Source: Macrostomum hystrix
Taxonomy: Eukaryota > Animalia > Platyhelminthes
Length of the DNA stretch: 64,000 nt
NCBI GenBank assembly: GCA_950097015.1
Contig: CATNEN010000034.1
Span: 6,262,001 to 6,326,000 of the forward strand
Reading direction: 5' to 3'
Shown here: one piece after another, positions 11,801 to 24,639 of the stretch
Position numbering within the stretch: the first letter of the stretch is position 1
How the letters are laid out: every line of letters begins with the position of its first letter
Translations under genes and position numbers: made by a program
Notes under the pieces: model-generated
Told to the model about the DNA's origin: nothing
Database searches by the model: none
Seen by the model: the letters and a program-made list of their open reading frames with translations, nothing else

Positions 11801-14800
11801 TCAGCTCTTCCACCTGGGCGATATTGAGGCCTACACTGGCCAGGCCAAGAAGAAGAAGGGAGAAGACGTGCCAGAACTGACGCTGCGCTTGTCGTCAGAG
11901 ATTGAAACTAAACTGGCCAGCCTGCTGGAGGATCTACAGCTGCGCCCCGTTGGACGGCCTGCCGACTTGGCCGACGATGGCGGCGCTGGGGTCAATCTGA
12001 TAGTGAACTATCATCTAACGGACTTTAAACCATCGCCTAGGTATGCCAAATGCTTGTTTGCTTGCAATTATTGCCAGATTATGAGAATATTTAATTAACA
12101 TCCACAGACAGAAGCCCTGTACTCTGCCCTGGTCGCCTCCACTGCCCAACTGGAACGCCTGGCAGTCTTGCAACATCGACGAAGGACCAGATGCTTTCGC
12201 CTCGCTTGAGGATATCAGTCAGCGTCTGGCGCAGCAATTCGCGGGCGAGGTGAATTCATTGCTCAGGACTACTCCGCCCTTGCTTGTTTGTGATCTTGCG
12301 ACCTTGTTCAGGATCCTGGCTGTTCATGATCCTCTGACTGTTCATGATCCTCTGGCTGTTCATGATCCTCTGACTGTTCATGATCCTCTGACTGTTCATG
12401 ATCCTCTGACTGTTCATGATCCTCTGGCTGTTCATGATCCTCTGACTGTTCATGATCCTCTGACTGTTCATGATCCTCTGACTGTTCATGATCCTCTGAC
12501 TGTTCATGATCCTCTGACTGTTCATGATCCTCTGACTGTTCATGATCCTCTGACTGTTCATGATCCTCTGACTGTTCATGATCCTCTGGCTGTTCTTGAT
12601 CCTCTGACTGTTCATGATCCTCTGGCTGTTCATTAAACATTTGATAAACAAATTTTGATATCCATTCCCCAGTCGGCCAATCCCGAGTACCGTCGCATGC
12701 TGGAGCAACGCGACCAGCTGCCAGCGGCGGCGCATCGCGACGAGCTTCTGGCAATTGTTCGCGACAACAGCGTGACTCTGGTGCGTGGCGAGACCGGCTC
12801 GGGGAAGACCACCCAGCTGCCGCAGTTTATCCTGGACGATTATCTAGCCAGCGGCCGCGGCGCCCAGTGCAACATCATCGTGACGCAGCCGCGTCGAATC
12901 TCCGCTGTTAGCATCGCCGACCGAGTGGCCGCCGAACGCGCCGAACCCCTCGGCGTCTCGGTCGGCTATTCGGTCCGTTTTGAAACTGTCTCGCCCCGTC
13001 CGTACGGCGCGCTGCAATACGTCACAGTTGGCACTCTGCTACGCCGACTGGAGGGTGGCCTGCGCGGCATCAGTCACGTGATCATTGACGAGATTCACGA
13101 ACGCGACGCCAACACCGACTTTCTCATGGCCATCCTGCGCGATGTGGTGAGAGCGAATCCGGAGCTGCGGCTCATACTCATGTCGGCCACGGTTGACACC
13201 AGCCTGTTCGCCGACTTCTTTAATCCGTGCGCCTGTGTTCAAATCGACGGCCGTGTCCACCCGGTTGAGGCCTACTATCTGGAGGACTGCATTGAAATGC
13301 TCAGCTTTGTGCCGCCGCCTCCGTTAAAGCGCGGAAAAGGCGGCGGCGGCGGCGGCGGCTCCAGGGGACGCGGTCAGGACGACGACGACGATGAGGACGA
13401 AGCTGGAGGCGGCGCCGGCACGGGCAGCGGAGAGCCGGACGATCTAGCAGACGAGAATTGCAACCTGATCTGCTCCGATGAGTACAAGCCGCAGACGAAA
13501 AGCAGCTATGGCTAAAATGTCTGAGCGTGAGACCAGCTTTGAACTGATTGAAGCGCTGCTCAGGTAAGACTGAGTTCGCATGGAATTGGTTGAGAAGTCA
13601 TACTTCCTATTAGAACCAAGGACCACTAGCTGGAAGAAGGGCGGGACACTTCGTTTCTTAGAGAAATTATTTAAGGCAGATTTTAATAGAAACTTTCAAT
13701 TTTATTCACACAAAAATGATTAAAAATTTGTATACGAATGCTTCATGCTTCATAAACTTGAGAAATAATAATTTATCTTCATTTTATTTTCGTTTATTTT
13801 TTATGAAGCACAATAGCTAGTGACTAAGCTATCTAGTGACTAAAGCTATCTAGTGACTAAGCTATCTAGTGACTAAGCTATCTAGTGACTAAAGCTATCT
13901 AGTGACAAAGCTAGCTAGTGACTAAGCTATCTAGTGACAAAGCTATATAGTGACTAAGCTATCTAGTGACTAAGCTATCTAGTGACTAAGCTATCTAGTG
14001 ACTAAGCTATCTAGTGACTAAGCTATCTAGTGACTAAGCTATCTAGTGACTAAGCTATATAGTGACTAAGCTATCTAGTGACTAAGCTAGCTAGTGACTA
14101 AGCTATATAGTGACTAAGCTAGCTAGTGACTAAGCTATCTAGTGACTAAGCTAGCTAGTGACTAAGCTATCTAGTGACAAAGCTAGCTAGTGACTAAGCT
14201 ATCTAGTGACAAAGCTATCTAGTGACAAAGCTATCTAGTGACTAAGCTAGCTAGTGACTAAGCTATATAGTGACTAAGCTATATAGTGACTAAGCTATAT
14301 AGTGACTAAGCTATCTAGTGACTAATCTATCTAGAGACAAAGCTATCTAGTGACTAAGCTATCTAGTGACTAAGCTATCTAGTGACTAAGCTATCTAGTG
14401 ACTAATCTATCTAGAGACAAAGCTATCTAGTGACTAAGCTATCTAGTGACAAAGCTAGCTAGTGACTAAGCTATCTAGTGACAAAGCTATCTAGTGACTA
14501 AGCTATCTAGAGACTAAGCTATCTAGTGACTAATCTATCTAGAGACAAAGCTATATAGTGACTAAGCTATATAGTGACTAAGCTATATAGTGACTAAGCT
14601 ATCTAGTGACTAAGCTATATAGTGACTAAGCTATCTAGTGACTAATCTATCTAGAGAAAAAGCTATCTAGTGACTAAGCTATCTAGTGACTAAGCTATCT
14701 AGTGACTAAGCTATCTAGTGACTAATCTATCTAGAGACAAAGCTATCTATCTAATGACTAAGCTAGCTAGTGACTAAGCTATCTAGTGACTAAGCTATCT

Positions 14801-17800
14801 AGTGACTAAGCTATCTAGTGACTAAGCTATCTAGTGACTAAGCTATCTAGTGACTAAGCTATCTATCTAATGACTAAGCTAGCTAGTGACTAAGCTATCT
14901 AGTGACTAAGCTATCTAGTGACTAATCTATCTAGAGACAAAGCTATCTAGTGACTAAGCTATCTAGTGACTAAGCTATCTAGTGACTAAAGCTATCTAGT
15001 GACTAAGCTAGCTAGTGACTAAGCTATCTAGTGACAAAGCTATCTAGTGACAAAGCTATCTAGTGACTAAGCTATCTAGTGACAAAGCTATCTAGTGACA
15101 AAGCTATCTAGTGACTAAGCTATCTAGTGACTAAGCTATCTAGTGACTAAGCTATCTAGTGACTAAGCTATCTAGTGACTAATCTATCTAGAGACAAAGC
15201 TATCTAGTGACTAAGCTATCTAGTGACAAAGCTAGCTAGTGACTAAGCTATCTAGTGACAAAGCTATCTAGTGACTAAGCTATATAGTGACTAAGCTATA
15301 TAGTGACTAAGCAATATAGTGATTAATCTATCTAGTGTGACTAAGCTATCTAGTGACTAAGCTATCTAATGACTAAGCTATCTAGTGACTAAGCTATCTA
15401 GTGACTAAAGCTATCTAGTGACTAAGCTAGCTAGTGACTAAGCTATCTAGTGACAAATCTATCTAGTGACAAAGCTATCTAGTGACTAAGCTATCTAGTG
15501 ACAAAGCTATCTAGTGACAAAGCTATCTAGTGACTAAGCTATCTAGTGACTAAGCTAGCTAGTGACTAAGCTATCTAGTGACAAAGCTATCTAGTGACAA
15601 AGCTATCTAGTGACTAAGCTATCTAGTGACAAAGCTATCTAGTGACAAAGCTATCTAGTGACTAATCTATCTAGTGACTAAGCTATCTAGTGACTAAGCT
15701 ATCTAGTGACTAATCTATCTAGAGACAAAGCTATCTATCTAATGACTAAGCTAGCTAGTGACTAAGCTATCTAGTGACTAAGCTATCTAGTGACTAAGCT
15801 ATCTAGTGACTAAGCTATCTAGTGACTAAGCTATCTAGTGACTAAGCTATCTATCTAATGACTAAGCTAGCTAGTGACTAAGCTATCTAGTGACTAAGCT
15901 ATCTAGTGACTAATCTATCTAGAGACAAAGCTATCTAGTGACTAAGCTATCTAGTGACTAAGCTATCTAGTGACTAAAGCTATCTAGTGACTAAGCTAGC
16001 TAGTGACTAAGCTATCTAGTGACAAAGCTATCTAGTGACAAAGCTATCTAGTGACTAAGCTATCTAGTGACAAAGCTATCTAGTGACAAAGCTATCTAGT
16101 GACTAAGCTATCTAGTGACTAAGCTATCTAGTGACTAAGCTATCTAGTGACTAAGCTATCTAGTGACTAATCTATCTAGAGACAAAGCTATCTAGTGACT
16201 AAGCTATCTAGTGACAAAGCTAGCTAGTGACTAAGCTATCTAGTGACAAAGCTATCTAGTGACTAAGCTATATAGTGACTAAGCTATATAGTGACTAAGC
16301 AATATAGTGATTAATCTATCTAGTGTGACTAAGCTATCTAGTGACTAAGCTATCTAATGACTAAGCTATCTAGTGACTAAGCTATCTAGTGACTAAAGCT
16401 ATCTAGTGACTAAGCTAGCTAGTGACTAAGCTATCTAGTGACAAATCTATCTAGTGACAAAGCTATCTAGTGACTAAGCTATCTAGTGACAAAGCTATCT
16501 AGTGACAAAGCTATCTAGTGACTAAGCTATCTAGTGACTAAGCTAGCTAGTGACTAAGCTATCTAGTGACAAAGCTATCTAGTGACAAAGCTATCTAGTG
16601 ACTAAGCTATCTAGTGACAAAGCTATCTAGTGACAAAGCTATCTAGTGACTAATCTATCTAGTGACTAAGCTATCTAGTGACTAAGCTATCTAGTGACTA
16701 ATCTATCTAGAGACAAAGCTATATAGTGACTAAGCTATCTAGTGACTAAGCTATCTAGTGACTAAGCTATCTAGTGACTAAGCTATCTAGTGACTAATCT
16801 ATCTAGAGACAAAGCTATCTAGTGACTAAGCTATCTAGTGACTAATCTATCTAGAGACAAAGCTATCTAGTGACTAAGCTATATAGTGACTAAGCTATCT
16901 AGTGACTAAGCTATCTATCTAATGACTAAGCTAGCTAGTGACTAAGCTATCTAGTGACTAAGCTATCTAGTGACTAATCTATCTAGAGACAAAGCTATCT
17001 AGTGACTAAGCTATCTAGTGACTAAGCTATCTAGTGACTAAAGCTATCTAGTGACTAAGCTAGCTAGTGACTAAGCTATCTAGTGACAAAGCTATCTAGT
17101 GACAAAGCTATCTAGTGACAAAGCTATCTAGTGACAAAGCTATCTAGTGACAAAGCTATCTAGTGACTAAGCTATCTAGTGACAAAGCTAGCTAGTGACT
17201 AAGCTATCTAGTGACAAAGCTATCTAGAGACAAAGCTATATAGTGACTAAGCTATATAGTGACTAAGCTATATAGTGACTAAGCTATCTAGTGACTAAGC
17301 TATATAGTGACTAAGCTATATAGTGACTAAGCTATCTAGTGACTAATCTATCTAGAGACAGAGCTATCTAGTGACTAAGCTATCTAGTGACAAAGCTAGC
17401 TAGTGACTAAGCTATCTAGTGACAAAGCTATATAGTGACTAAGCTATATAGTGACTAAGCTATCTAGTGACTAATCTATCTAGAGACAAAGCTATCTAGT
17501 GACTAAGCTATCTAGTGACTAAGCTATCTAGTGACTAAGCTATCTAGTGACTAATCTATCTAGAGACAAAGCTATCTAGTGACTAAGCTATCTAGTGACA
17601 AAGCTAGCTAGTGACTAAGCTATCTAGTGACAAAGCTATCTAGTGACTAAGCTATATAGTGACTAAGCTATCTAGTGACTAAGCTATCTAGTGACTAATC
17701 TATCTAGAGACAAAGCTATCTAGTGACTAAGCTATCTAGTGACTAAGCTATCTAGTGACTAAGCTATATAGTGACTAAGCTATCTAGTGACTAAGCTATC

Positions 17801-20800
17801 TAGTGACAAAGCTATCTAGTGACAAAGCTATCTAGTGACTAAGCTATCTAGTGACTAAGCTATCTAGTGACTAAGCTATCTAGTGACTAATCTATCTAGA
17901 GACAAAGCTATCTAGAGACAAAGCTATCTAGTGACTAAGCTATCTAGTGACTAAGCTATCTATCTAATGACTAAGCTAGCTAGTGACTAAGCTATCTAGT
18001 GACTAAGCTATCTAGTGACTAATCTATCTAGAGACAAAGCTATCTAGTGACTAAGCTATCTAGTGACTAAGCTATCTAGTGACTAAAGCTATCTAGTGAC
18101 TAAGCTAGCTAGTGACTAAGCTATCTAGTGACAAAGCTATCTAGTGACTAAGCTATCTAGTGACTAAGCTATCTAGTGCCTAATCTATCTAGAGACAAAG
18201 CTATCTAGTGACTAAGCTATCTAGTGACAAAGCTAGCTAGTGACTAAGCTATCTAGTGACAAAGCTATCTAGTGACTAAGCTATATAGTGACTAAGCCAT
18301 CTAGTGACTAAGCTATATAGTGACTAAGCAATATAGTGATTAATCTATCTAGTGTGACTAAGCTATCTAGTGACTAAGCTATCTAGTGACTAAAGCTATC
18401 TAGTGACTAAGCTAGCTAGTGACTAAGCTATCTAGTGACAAAGCTATCTAGTGACAAAGCTATCTAGTGACTAAGCTATCTAGTGACAAAGCTATCTAGT
18501 GACAAAGCTATATAGTGACTAAGCTATCTAGTGACTAAGCTATCTAGTGACTAATCTATCTAGAGACAAAGCTATCTAGTGACTAAGCTATCTAGTGACT
18601 AAGCTATCTAGTGACTAAGCTATATAGTGACTAAGCTATCTAGTGACTAAGCTATCTAGTGACAAAGCTATCTAGTGACAAAGCTATCTAGTGACTAAGC
18701 TATCTAGTGACTAAGCTATCTAGTGCCTAATCTATCTAGAGACAAAGCTATCTAGTGACTAAGCTATCTAGTGACAAAGCTAGCTAGTGACTAAGCTATC
18801 TAGTGACAAAGCTATCTAGTGACTAAGCTATATAGTGACTAAGCCATCTAGTGACTAAGCTATATAGTGACTAAGCAATATAGTGATTAGTCTATCTAGT
18901 GTGACTAAGCTATCTAGTGACTAAGCTATCTAGTGACTAAAGCTATCTAGTGACTAAGCTAGCTAGTGACTAAGCTATCTAGTGACAAAGCTATCTAGTG
19001 ACAAAGCTATCTAGTGACTAAGCTATCTAGTGACAAAGCTATCTAGTGACAAAGCTATCTAGTGACTAAGCTATCTAGTGACTAAGCTATCTAGTGACTA
19101 AGCTATCTAGTGACTAATCTATCTAGAGACAAAGCTATATAGTGACTAAGCTATCTAGTGACTAAGCTATCTAGTGACTAAGCTATCTAGTGACTAAGCT
19201 ATCTAGTGACTAATCTATCTAGAGACAAAGCTATCTAGTGACTAAGCTATCTAGTGACTAATCTATCTAGAGACAAAGCTATCTAGTGACTAAGCTATAT
19301 AGTGACTAAGCTATCTAGTGACTAAGCTATATAGTGACTAAGCTATCTAGTGACTAATCTATCTAGAGACAAAGCTATCTAGTGACTAAGCTATCTAGTG
19401 ACAAAGCTATCTAGTGACTAATCTATCTAGAGACAAAGCTATCTAGTGACTAAGCTATCTAGTGACTAAGCTATCTAGTGACTAATCTATCTAGAGACAA
19501 AGCTATCTAGTGACTAAGCTATCTAGTGACTAAGCTATCTAGTGACTAAGCTATTTAGTGACTAAGCTATCTAGTGTGACTAAGCTATCTAGTGACTAAG
19601 CTATCTATCTAATGACTAAGCTAGCTAGTGACTAAGCTATCTAGTGACTAAGCTATCTAGTGACTAATCTATCTAGAGACAAAGCTATCTAGTGACTAAG
19701 CTATCTAGTGACTAAGCTATATAGTGACTAAGCTATCTAGTGTGACTAAGATATCTAGTGTGACTAAGCTATCTAGTGACTAAGCTATCTAGTGACTAAG
19801 CTAGCTAGTGACTAAGCTATCTAGTGACTAAGCTATCTAGTGACTAAGCTATCTAGTGACTAAGCTATCTAGTGACTAAGCTAGCTAGTGACTAAGCTAT
19901 CTAGTGACTAAGCTATCTAGTGACTAAGCTATCTAGTGAGTAATAAACTGACTGAGGCGACTAACTCAATTTTGCATTCACTTTTTTGTCAAGTATTACG
20001 AGAATTAGATAGAATTTTTCATTAAGAATCTGTAGGTCAAGCTATAGGCTATAAGCTATAGGCTAGGCTCCTATCTCGCTAGTACACTTTTTTCGTGAAA
20101 ATCAGAATTTAATAAAATGTACAAGAAACGTAGTTTCCCGCTCTTCTTCTTCTAGTGGTCCTTGGTTAGAACATGATTCGAAACTGTTCCGATCCAATCT
20201 TTATATCTCTAACAATCCAGGTACATTCAGTCCCTGCCAGTGTCTGGCGCAGTGCTAATCTTCCTACCTGGCTGGAATCTGATCTTCTCAATGGCTCGTC
20301 ACCTGCAGAACCATCCTGAATTTGGCCGCTCAGCGTACACAATCCTGCCATTGCACTCGCAGATACCGCGCGAAGATCAACGGCGAGTATTTGAACCGGT
20401 GCCAGCCGGCGTCACCAAGGTGATTCTCAGCACAAACATAGCGGAATCGTCAATTACTATTAACGACGTTGTGTTTGTGATCGACTCGTGCAAAGCCAAA
20501 GTGAAACTGTTTACATCGCGCAACAATCTGACACACTACTGCACAATGTGGGCCGCCAAATCCAATCTGGAACAGCGGCGCGGCAGGGCTGGCCGCACCC
20601 AGCCTGGCTACTGTTTTCACCTGTGCTCTAGAGCTCGCTACGATCGAATGGAGGCTCACGCCACGCCTGAACTATTGCGCTCACCTTTGCACGAATTGTC
20701 GCTGATGGGCAAACTGCTCCAGTTGGGTCCGATACCGGAGTTTCTGGCCAAAGCGCCGCAGCCGCCGCCTTTAGACGCCGTGATGGAATCGGAGCACACT

Positions 20801-23800
20801 CTGCGCGAGATGCGCGCCTTGGACGCCAACGATGAGCTGACACCGCTTGGCCGGCTGCTGGCTCGACTGCCACTGGATCCGCGACTGGGTAATTTATTAG
20901 GAGCCCATGCTAATATGACTAGGTTATTAGGACTAGATTACTAGATTTATATTGCCTCATTGATTTTTATATGTTAAAATGCTGCTTCATTTTTAATTGC
21001 GATTATCCCAAGAAATCGGCAGTCTAAACAGTACGGCTAATCGTGGCCTAAAGTTACCGGAATATCGTAGCCTAAACTGATTCCAAGAATCGTAGCCTAA
21101 ACTGATTCCAAGAATCGTAGCCTAAACTGATTCCAAGAATCGTAGCCAAAACTGATTCCAAGAATCGTAGCCTAAACTGATTCCAAGAATCGTAGCCTAA
21201 ACTGATTCCAAGAATCGTAGCCTAAACTGATTCCAAGATTCGTAGCCTAAACTGATTCCAAGAATCGTAGCCTAAACTGATTCCAAGAATCGTAGCCTAA
21301 ACTGATTCCAAGATTCGTAGCCTAAACTGATTCCAAGAATCGTAGCCAAAACTGATTCCAAGAATCGTAGCCAAAACTGATTCCAAGAATCGTAGCATAA
21401 ACTGATTCCAAGAATCGTAGCCAAAACTGATTCCAAGAATCGTAGCCAAAACTGATTCCAAGAATCGTAGCCAAAACTGATTCCAAGAATCGTAGCATAA
21501 ACTGATTCCAAGAATCGTAGCCTAAACTGATTCCAAGAATCGTAGCCAAAACTGATTCCAAGAATCGTAGCCAAAACTGATTCCAAGAATCGTAGCCAAA
21601 ACTGATTCCAAGAATCGTAGCCTAAACTGATTCCAAGAATCGTAGCCAAAACTGATTCCAAGAATCGTAGACTAAACTGATTCCAAGAATCGTAGCCTAA
21701 AGTGATTCCAAGAATCGTAGACTAAACTGATTCCAAGATTCGTAGCCTAAAGTGATTCCAAGAATCGTAGACAAAACTGATTCCAAGATTCGTAGCCTAA
21801 AGTGATTCCAAGAATCGTAGCCCAAACTGACTGAGGCGCCGCCATCAATGCACTTTTAAGGCCGAATGCTGCTCCACGGCTGCGCCCTAGGCCTGGCTCG
21901 GCCATGCGCGGCTGTATGCGCAGCGGCCAGCGCAGGCGACGCTCTGGTCCTGGCGCCCGGCCAGCGCTGGCTAACTGGCAGGCAGCGCGGCTTGGCTCGT
22001 GGCACCAACTCGGATCACGTGGCCGGCCTGTTTGCCCTGCGGCTTTACGAATCGGCCGCCGCAGGCGGTCCCGGCCGCGCCGAATCAATGTGCGACGAGG
22101 CCGGACTAAGCGCGCCAGTTCTAAGGGCCACAATTGAGGCGCGCAATCAATTGCTAGGCATCCTGCATTCGTCCGGCTTTGTTGGCGATCACGAAATCGA
22201 CGGGCCGGGCTTTGACGCAACCAGCGACAGCGTCGGTGGCCACGGCTTTGACGATTGGGCCGCTCTAATTAGCCTGCTCACCATGGGCATGAGCCCCAAT
22301 GTCTGCTTTCACAAGGATAAGCGAAAGGTTTTTAGAACTATTGTTTTAGAAAGAGAGCAGCTGTGAACGGGGACAGTTGGGAATGGGTAAATTAGGAATG
22401 GGGACTGTGGAAATGGAGGAAATTGGGAATGGGGACTGTGGGAATGGGGACTGTGGAAATGGGGGGAATTGGAAATGGGGACTGTGGGAATGGGGACTGT
22501 GGGAATGGGGGGAATCGGAAATGGGGACTGTGGGAATGGGGACTGTGGGAATGGGGGGAATCGGAAATGGGGACTGTGGGAATGGGGACTGTGGGAATGG
22601 GGACTGTGGGAATGGGGACTGTGGGAATTGGGGGAATCGGAAATGGGGACTGTGGGAATGGGGACTGTGGGAATGGGGACTGTGGAAATGGGGGGAATTG
22701 GAAATGGGGACTGTGGGAATGGGGACTGTGGAAATGGGGGGAATCGGAAATGGGGACTGTGGGAATGGGAACTGTGGAAATGGGGGAATTGGAAATGGGG
22801 ACTGTGGGAATGGGGACTGTGGGAATGGGGACTGTGGGAATGGGGACTGTGGGAATGGGGACTGTGGGAATAGAGAATTGGAAATGGGGGAAATTGGGAA
22901 TGGGGACTGTGGGAATGGGGACTGTTTGTGGTCTGTCAGCTCAGAAGCTCATAATTTCTGTTTGATCATGACTTACCCGCACAGGTAATCACAGCCGAGG
23001 GTCGGACAGCCCTAGTGCACAAATCGTCCGTGATCGCCAGCAATTTTCCTGATCTCCGATTCCCGTCGCCGCTGTTTGTATTCGGCGAGAAGCTGCGCAC
23101 TCGCGCGGTCTCCTGCAAGCAGTTGTCGAATGTGACCCCGCTGCAGTACCTGGTGTTCGGAGCTCGCAAGGCCGTGTGGACTGGCGGAGATCGGCTACTG
23201 CTGGACGACTGGATCAGTTTGCGACTGGATTTCGGCGTAGCGGCGAGGCTGCTCAGCTTGCGGCCGGCGCTGGAGGCCCTGCTAGTGAAGGCCTGCCTAC
23301 AGCCCGAGTCGGTCATTGCCTCGCCAAATCAGCAGGATCGCTGCCTGGCCGATATGTTTCGTGATTTGAGTCGTTTCGACGCGGCCGAGTTCGGCATCTT
23401 CAGTGAGGACGCTGGCGCCCCGGGCGACGCCGCTGATCAGGCGGCATTCTCGGCTGCACAGCAGACGCCACCGTTGAAGCGTTTCAGATCTGCTGCCGCT
23501 GGTGGGGGATCAGTTCAACAGCGAATGCCGACGCCTTCGCCGTCGCCATCGTTTCAGGCCTTCGGCAGGGGGACAGGGCGAGGCTGGGTTCCGCCGCCTC
23601 AGCCGCAGCCGCCTCTGTTCAGGCCAGGCGGCGGTATTGGTCGTTTCGGCGGCCCTCTGCCAGGGGCGCAGCCGCCGCCCTTGTCGCCACATTTCGGTGG
23701 CGGCTACGGCCATGGCTACGATCAAGGCTACGGCTACGGCTACGGCTTTGGCGGACGCGGACGCGGGCGCGGTTTTCGCGGCGGTCCATCGCCGTATTAT

Positions 23801-23812
23801 GGTCCCAGATAA
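8811..23812 (+). CDS. DHX9: DEAH-box RNA helicase A / maleless; exons 8811-8924, 9339-9576, 9641-9699, 9794-9936, 11684-12040, 12108-12249, 12673-13563 (one extra A at 13498-13501), 20221-20888, 21861-22327, 22985-23812
   Basis: dsRBD1 ([13 protein letters not shown]...[14 protein letters not shown]), dsRBD2 ([13 protein letters not shown]...[24 protein letters not shown]), motif [15 protein letters not shown] box, SAT, motif [12 protein letters not shown]2/OB-fold region and RGG tail. Exon phases are mutually compatible. The 9577-9640 junction is uncertain. Confidence 0.95.
8936..9285. repeat. 22-bp minisatellite (GATGGGCTGAGCAGTGAAGGGA)n, DHX9 intron 1
   Basis: Begins ~11 nt after the donor at 8925 and ends ~50 nt before the acceptor. 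Confidence 0.95.
10012..10632. repeat. 30-bp minisatellite (AACCTCCCAGATCCTCAGGTTGATTCACCA)n
   Basis: Direct periodicity; explains ORFs 9897-10688 and 10012-10632. Confidence 0.95.
11058..11620. repeat. 35-bp minisatellite (GGCCGCTACCCTCCTCCAATCCTTGAGTGTTTTAT)n
   Basis: Direct periodicity; ends ~65 nt before the acceptor at 11683. Confidence 0.95.
12306..12633. repeat. 18-bp minisatellite (CTGTTCATGATCCTCTGA)n
   Basis: Fills most of DHX9 intron 12250-12672. Confidence 0.95.
13812..19940. repeat. ~6.1-kb 17-bp satellite (AGCTATCTAGTGACTAA)n with higher-order blocks, DHX9 intron 13564-20220
   Basis: About 360 units with no ORFs in any frame. The rare variant GCAATATAGTGATTA recurs at 15311, 16299, 18328 and 18875. 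Confidence 0.97.
21062..21830. repeat. 25-bp minisatellite (CTAAACTGATTCCAAGAATCGTAGC)n
   Basis: Direct periodicity within DHX9 intron 20889-21860. Confidence 0.95.
22370..22925. repeat. 15-bp G-rich minisatellite (GGAATGGGGACTGTG)n
   Basis: Fills DHX9 intron 22328-22984; explains ORFs 22377-22988, 22423-22965 and 22469-22873. Confidence 0.95.
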
Positions 23813-24457
23813 TTCTAGGCTAATTTATCTTAAAATATTATAAATTACTCTTCTAGTTATGAACAAAACATGCTACTAAAAGTAATCACTCATAGTACTG
23901 ATAGTAATAGTGTTCGTAAACAACAGTTCTTTCTTATTCACTGCCCCTCTCTTTATCTAACGCACTCTGAATCTGTATAAGACCAAATAATTATGCTTGT
24001 TTATTGGGTTTTTTTATAATTCAAATAAATCAGTCAGATTTTGTATCCAGTGCAACTCTAGGAATGTTCAGTCTTTGAAAACTTTATTTCTTGTACTATT
24101 ATCAGTGTTAGGCCTGTCCTCGCTGTGTGTGTCTCTATCTGTCCCATCGGTCAGTCTACAGTCCAACTGCCTCTAAATTGCTGTTGCCTAGCCCGTCATT
24201 CATTTCAGCTGGCGCTTGTTTTCAGGCAGCATCTTATCAGCTGATCTTGCCGTATTTCCGCGTATGTTCATTTCTTAGTTTGCGATTTCAGCATATTCAC
24301 ATAGAAAAAATTAAGTTAGACTTGAATGGTTCAGTTGGTGGGTGGGAAATTGTTGCCTAGAAAATCCGGCCTACAACAAGACAGTTTATAATCCGTTTAT
24401 TATATTGTACTCGTAAATTAAAAAAATTAAAGGATCATTTCTTATTCAGCGCTAACA

Positions 24458-24639
24458 AATAATAATTGCAGGAGGGCTGCGGGCAATGGCACATCATTTA
24501 GTGACACTAGACCCGCAGCCAGCGAGGAGAATATTGTGCGGATTTCGCTGACTCCTGAGCACACACGCTCACAGATACCGTACGCAGACATGCGCTCACA
24601 CAGGTGTGTACATCTGCCCCGTCTTTCTCATCGTCAGGC
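24458..24639 (-). mobile_element. 5'-truncated tRNA-derived SINE (family A), 3' half with (ATT)n tail
   Basis: Highly similar to 46196-46380 (ATAATTGCAGGAGGGCTGCGGGCAATG...TTTCTCATCGTCAGGC). Confidence 0.85.
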
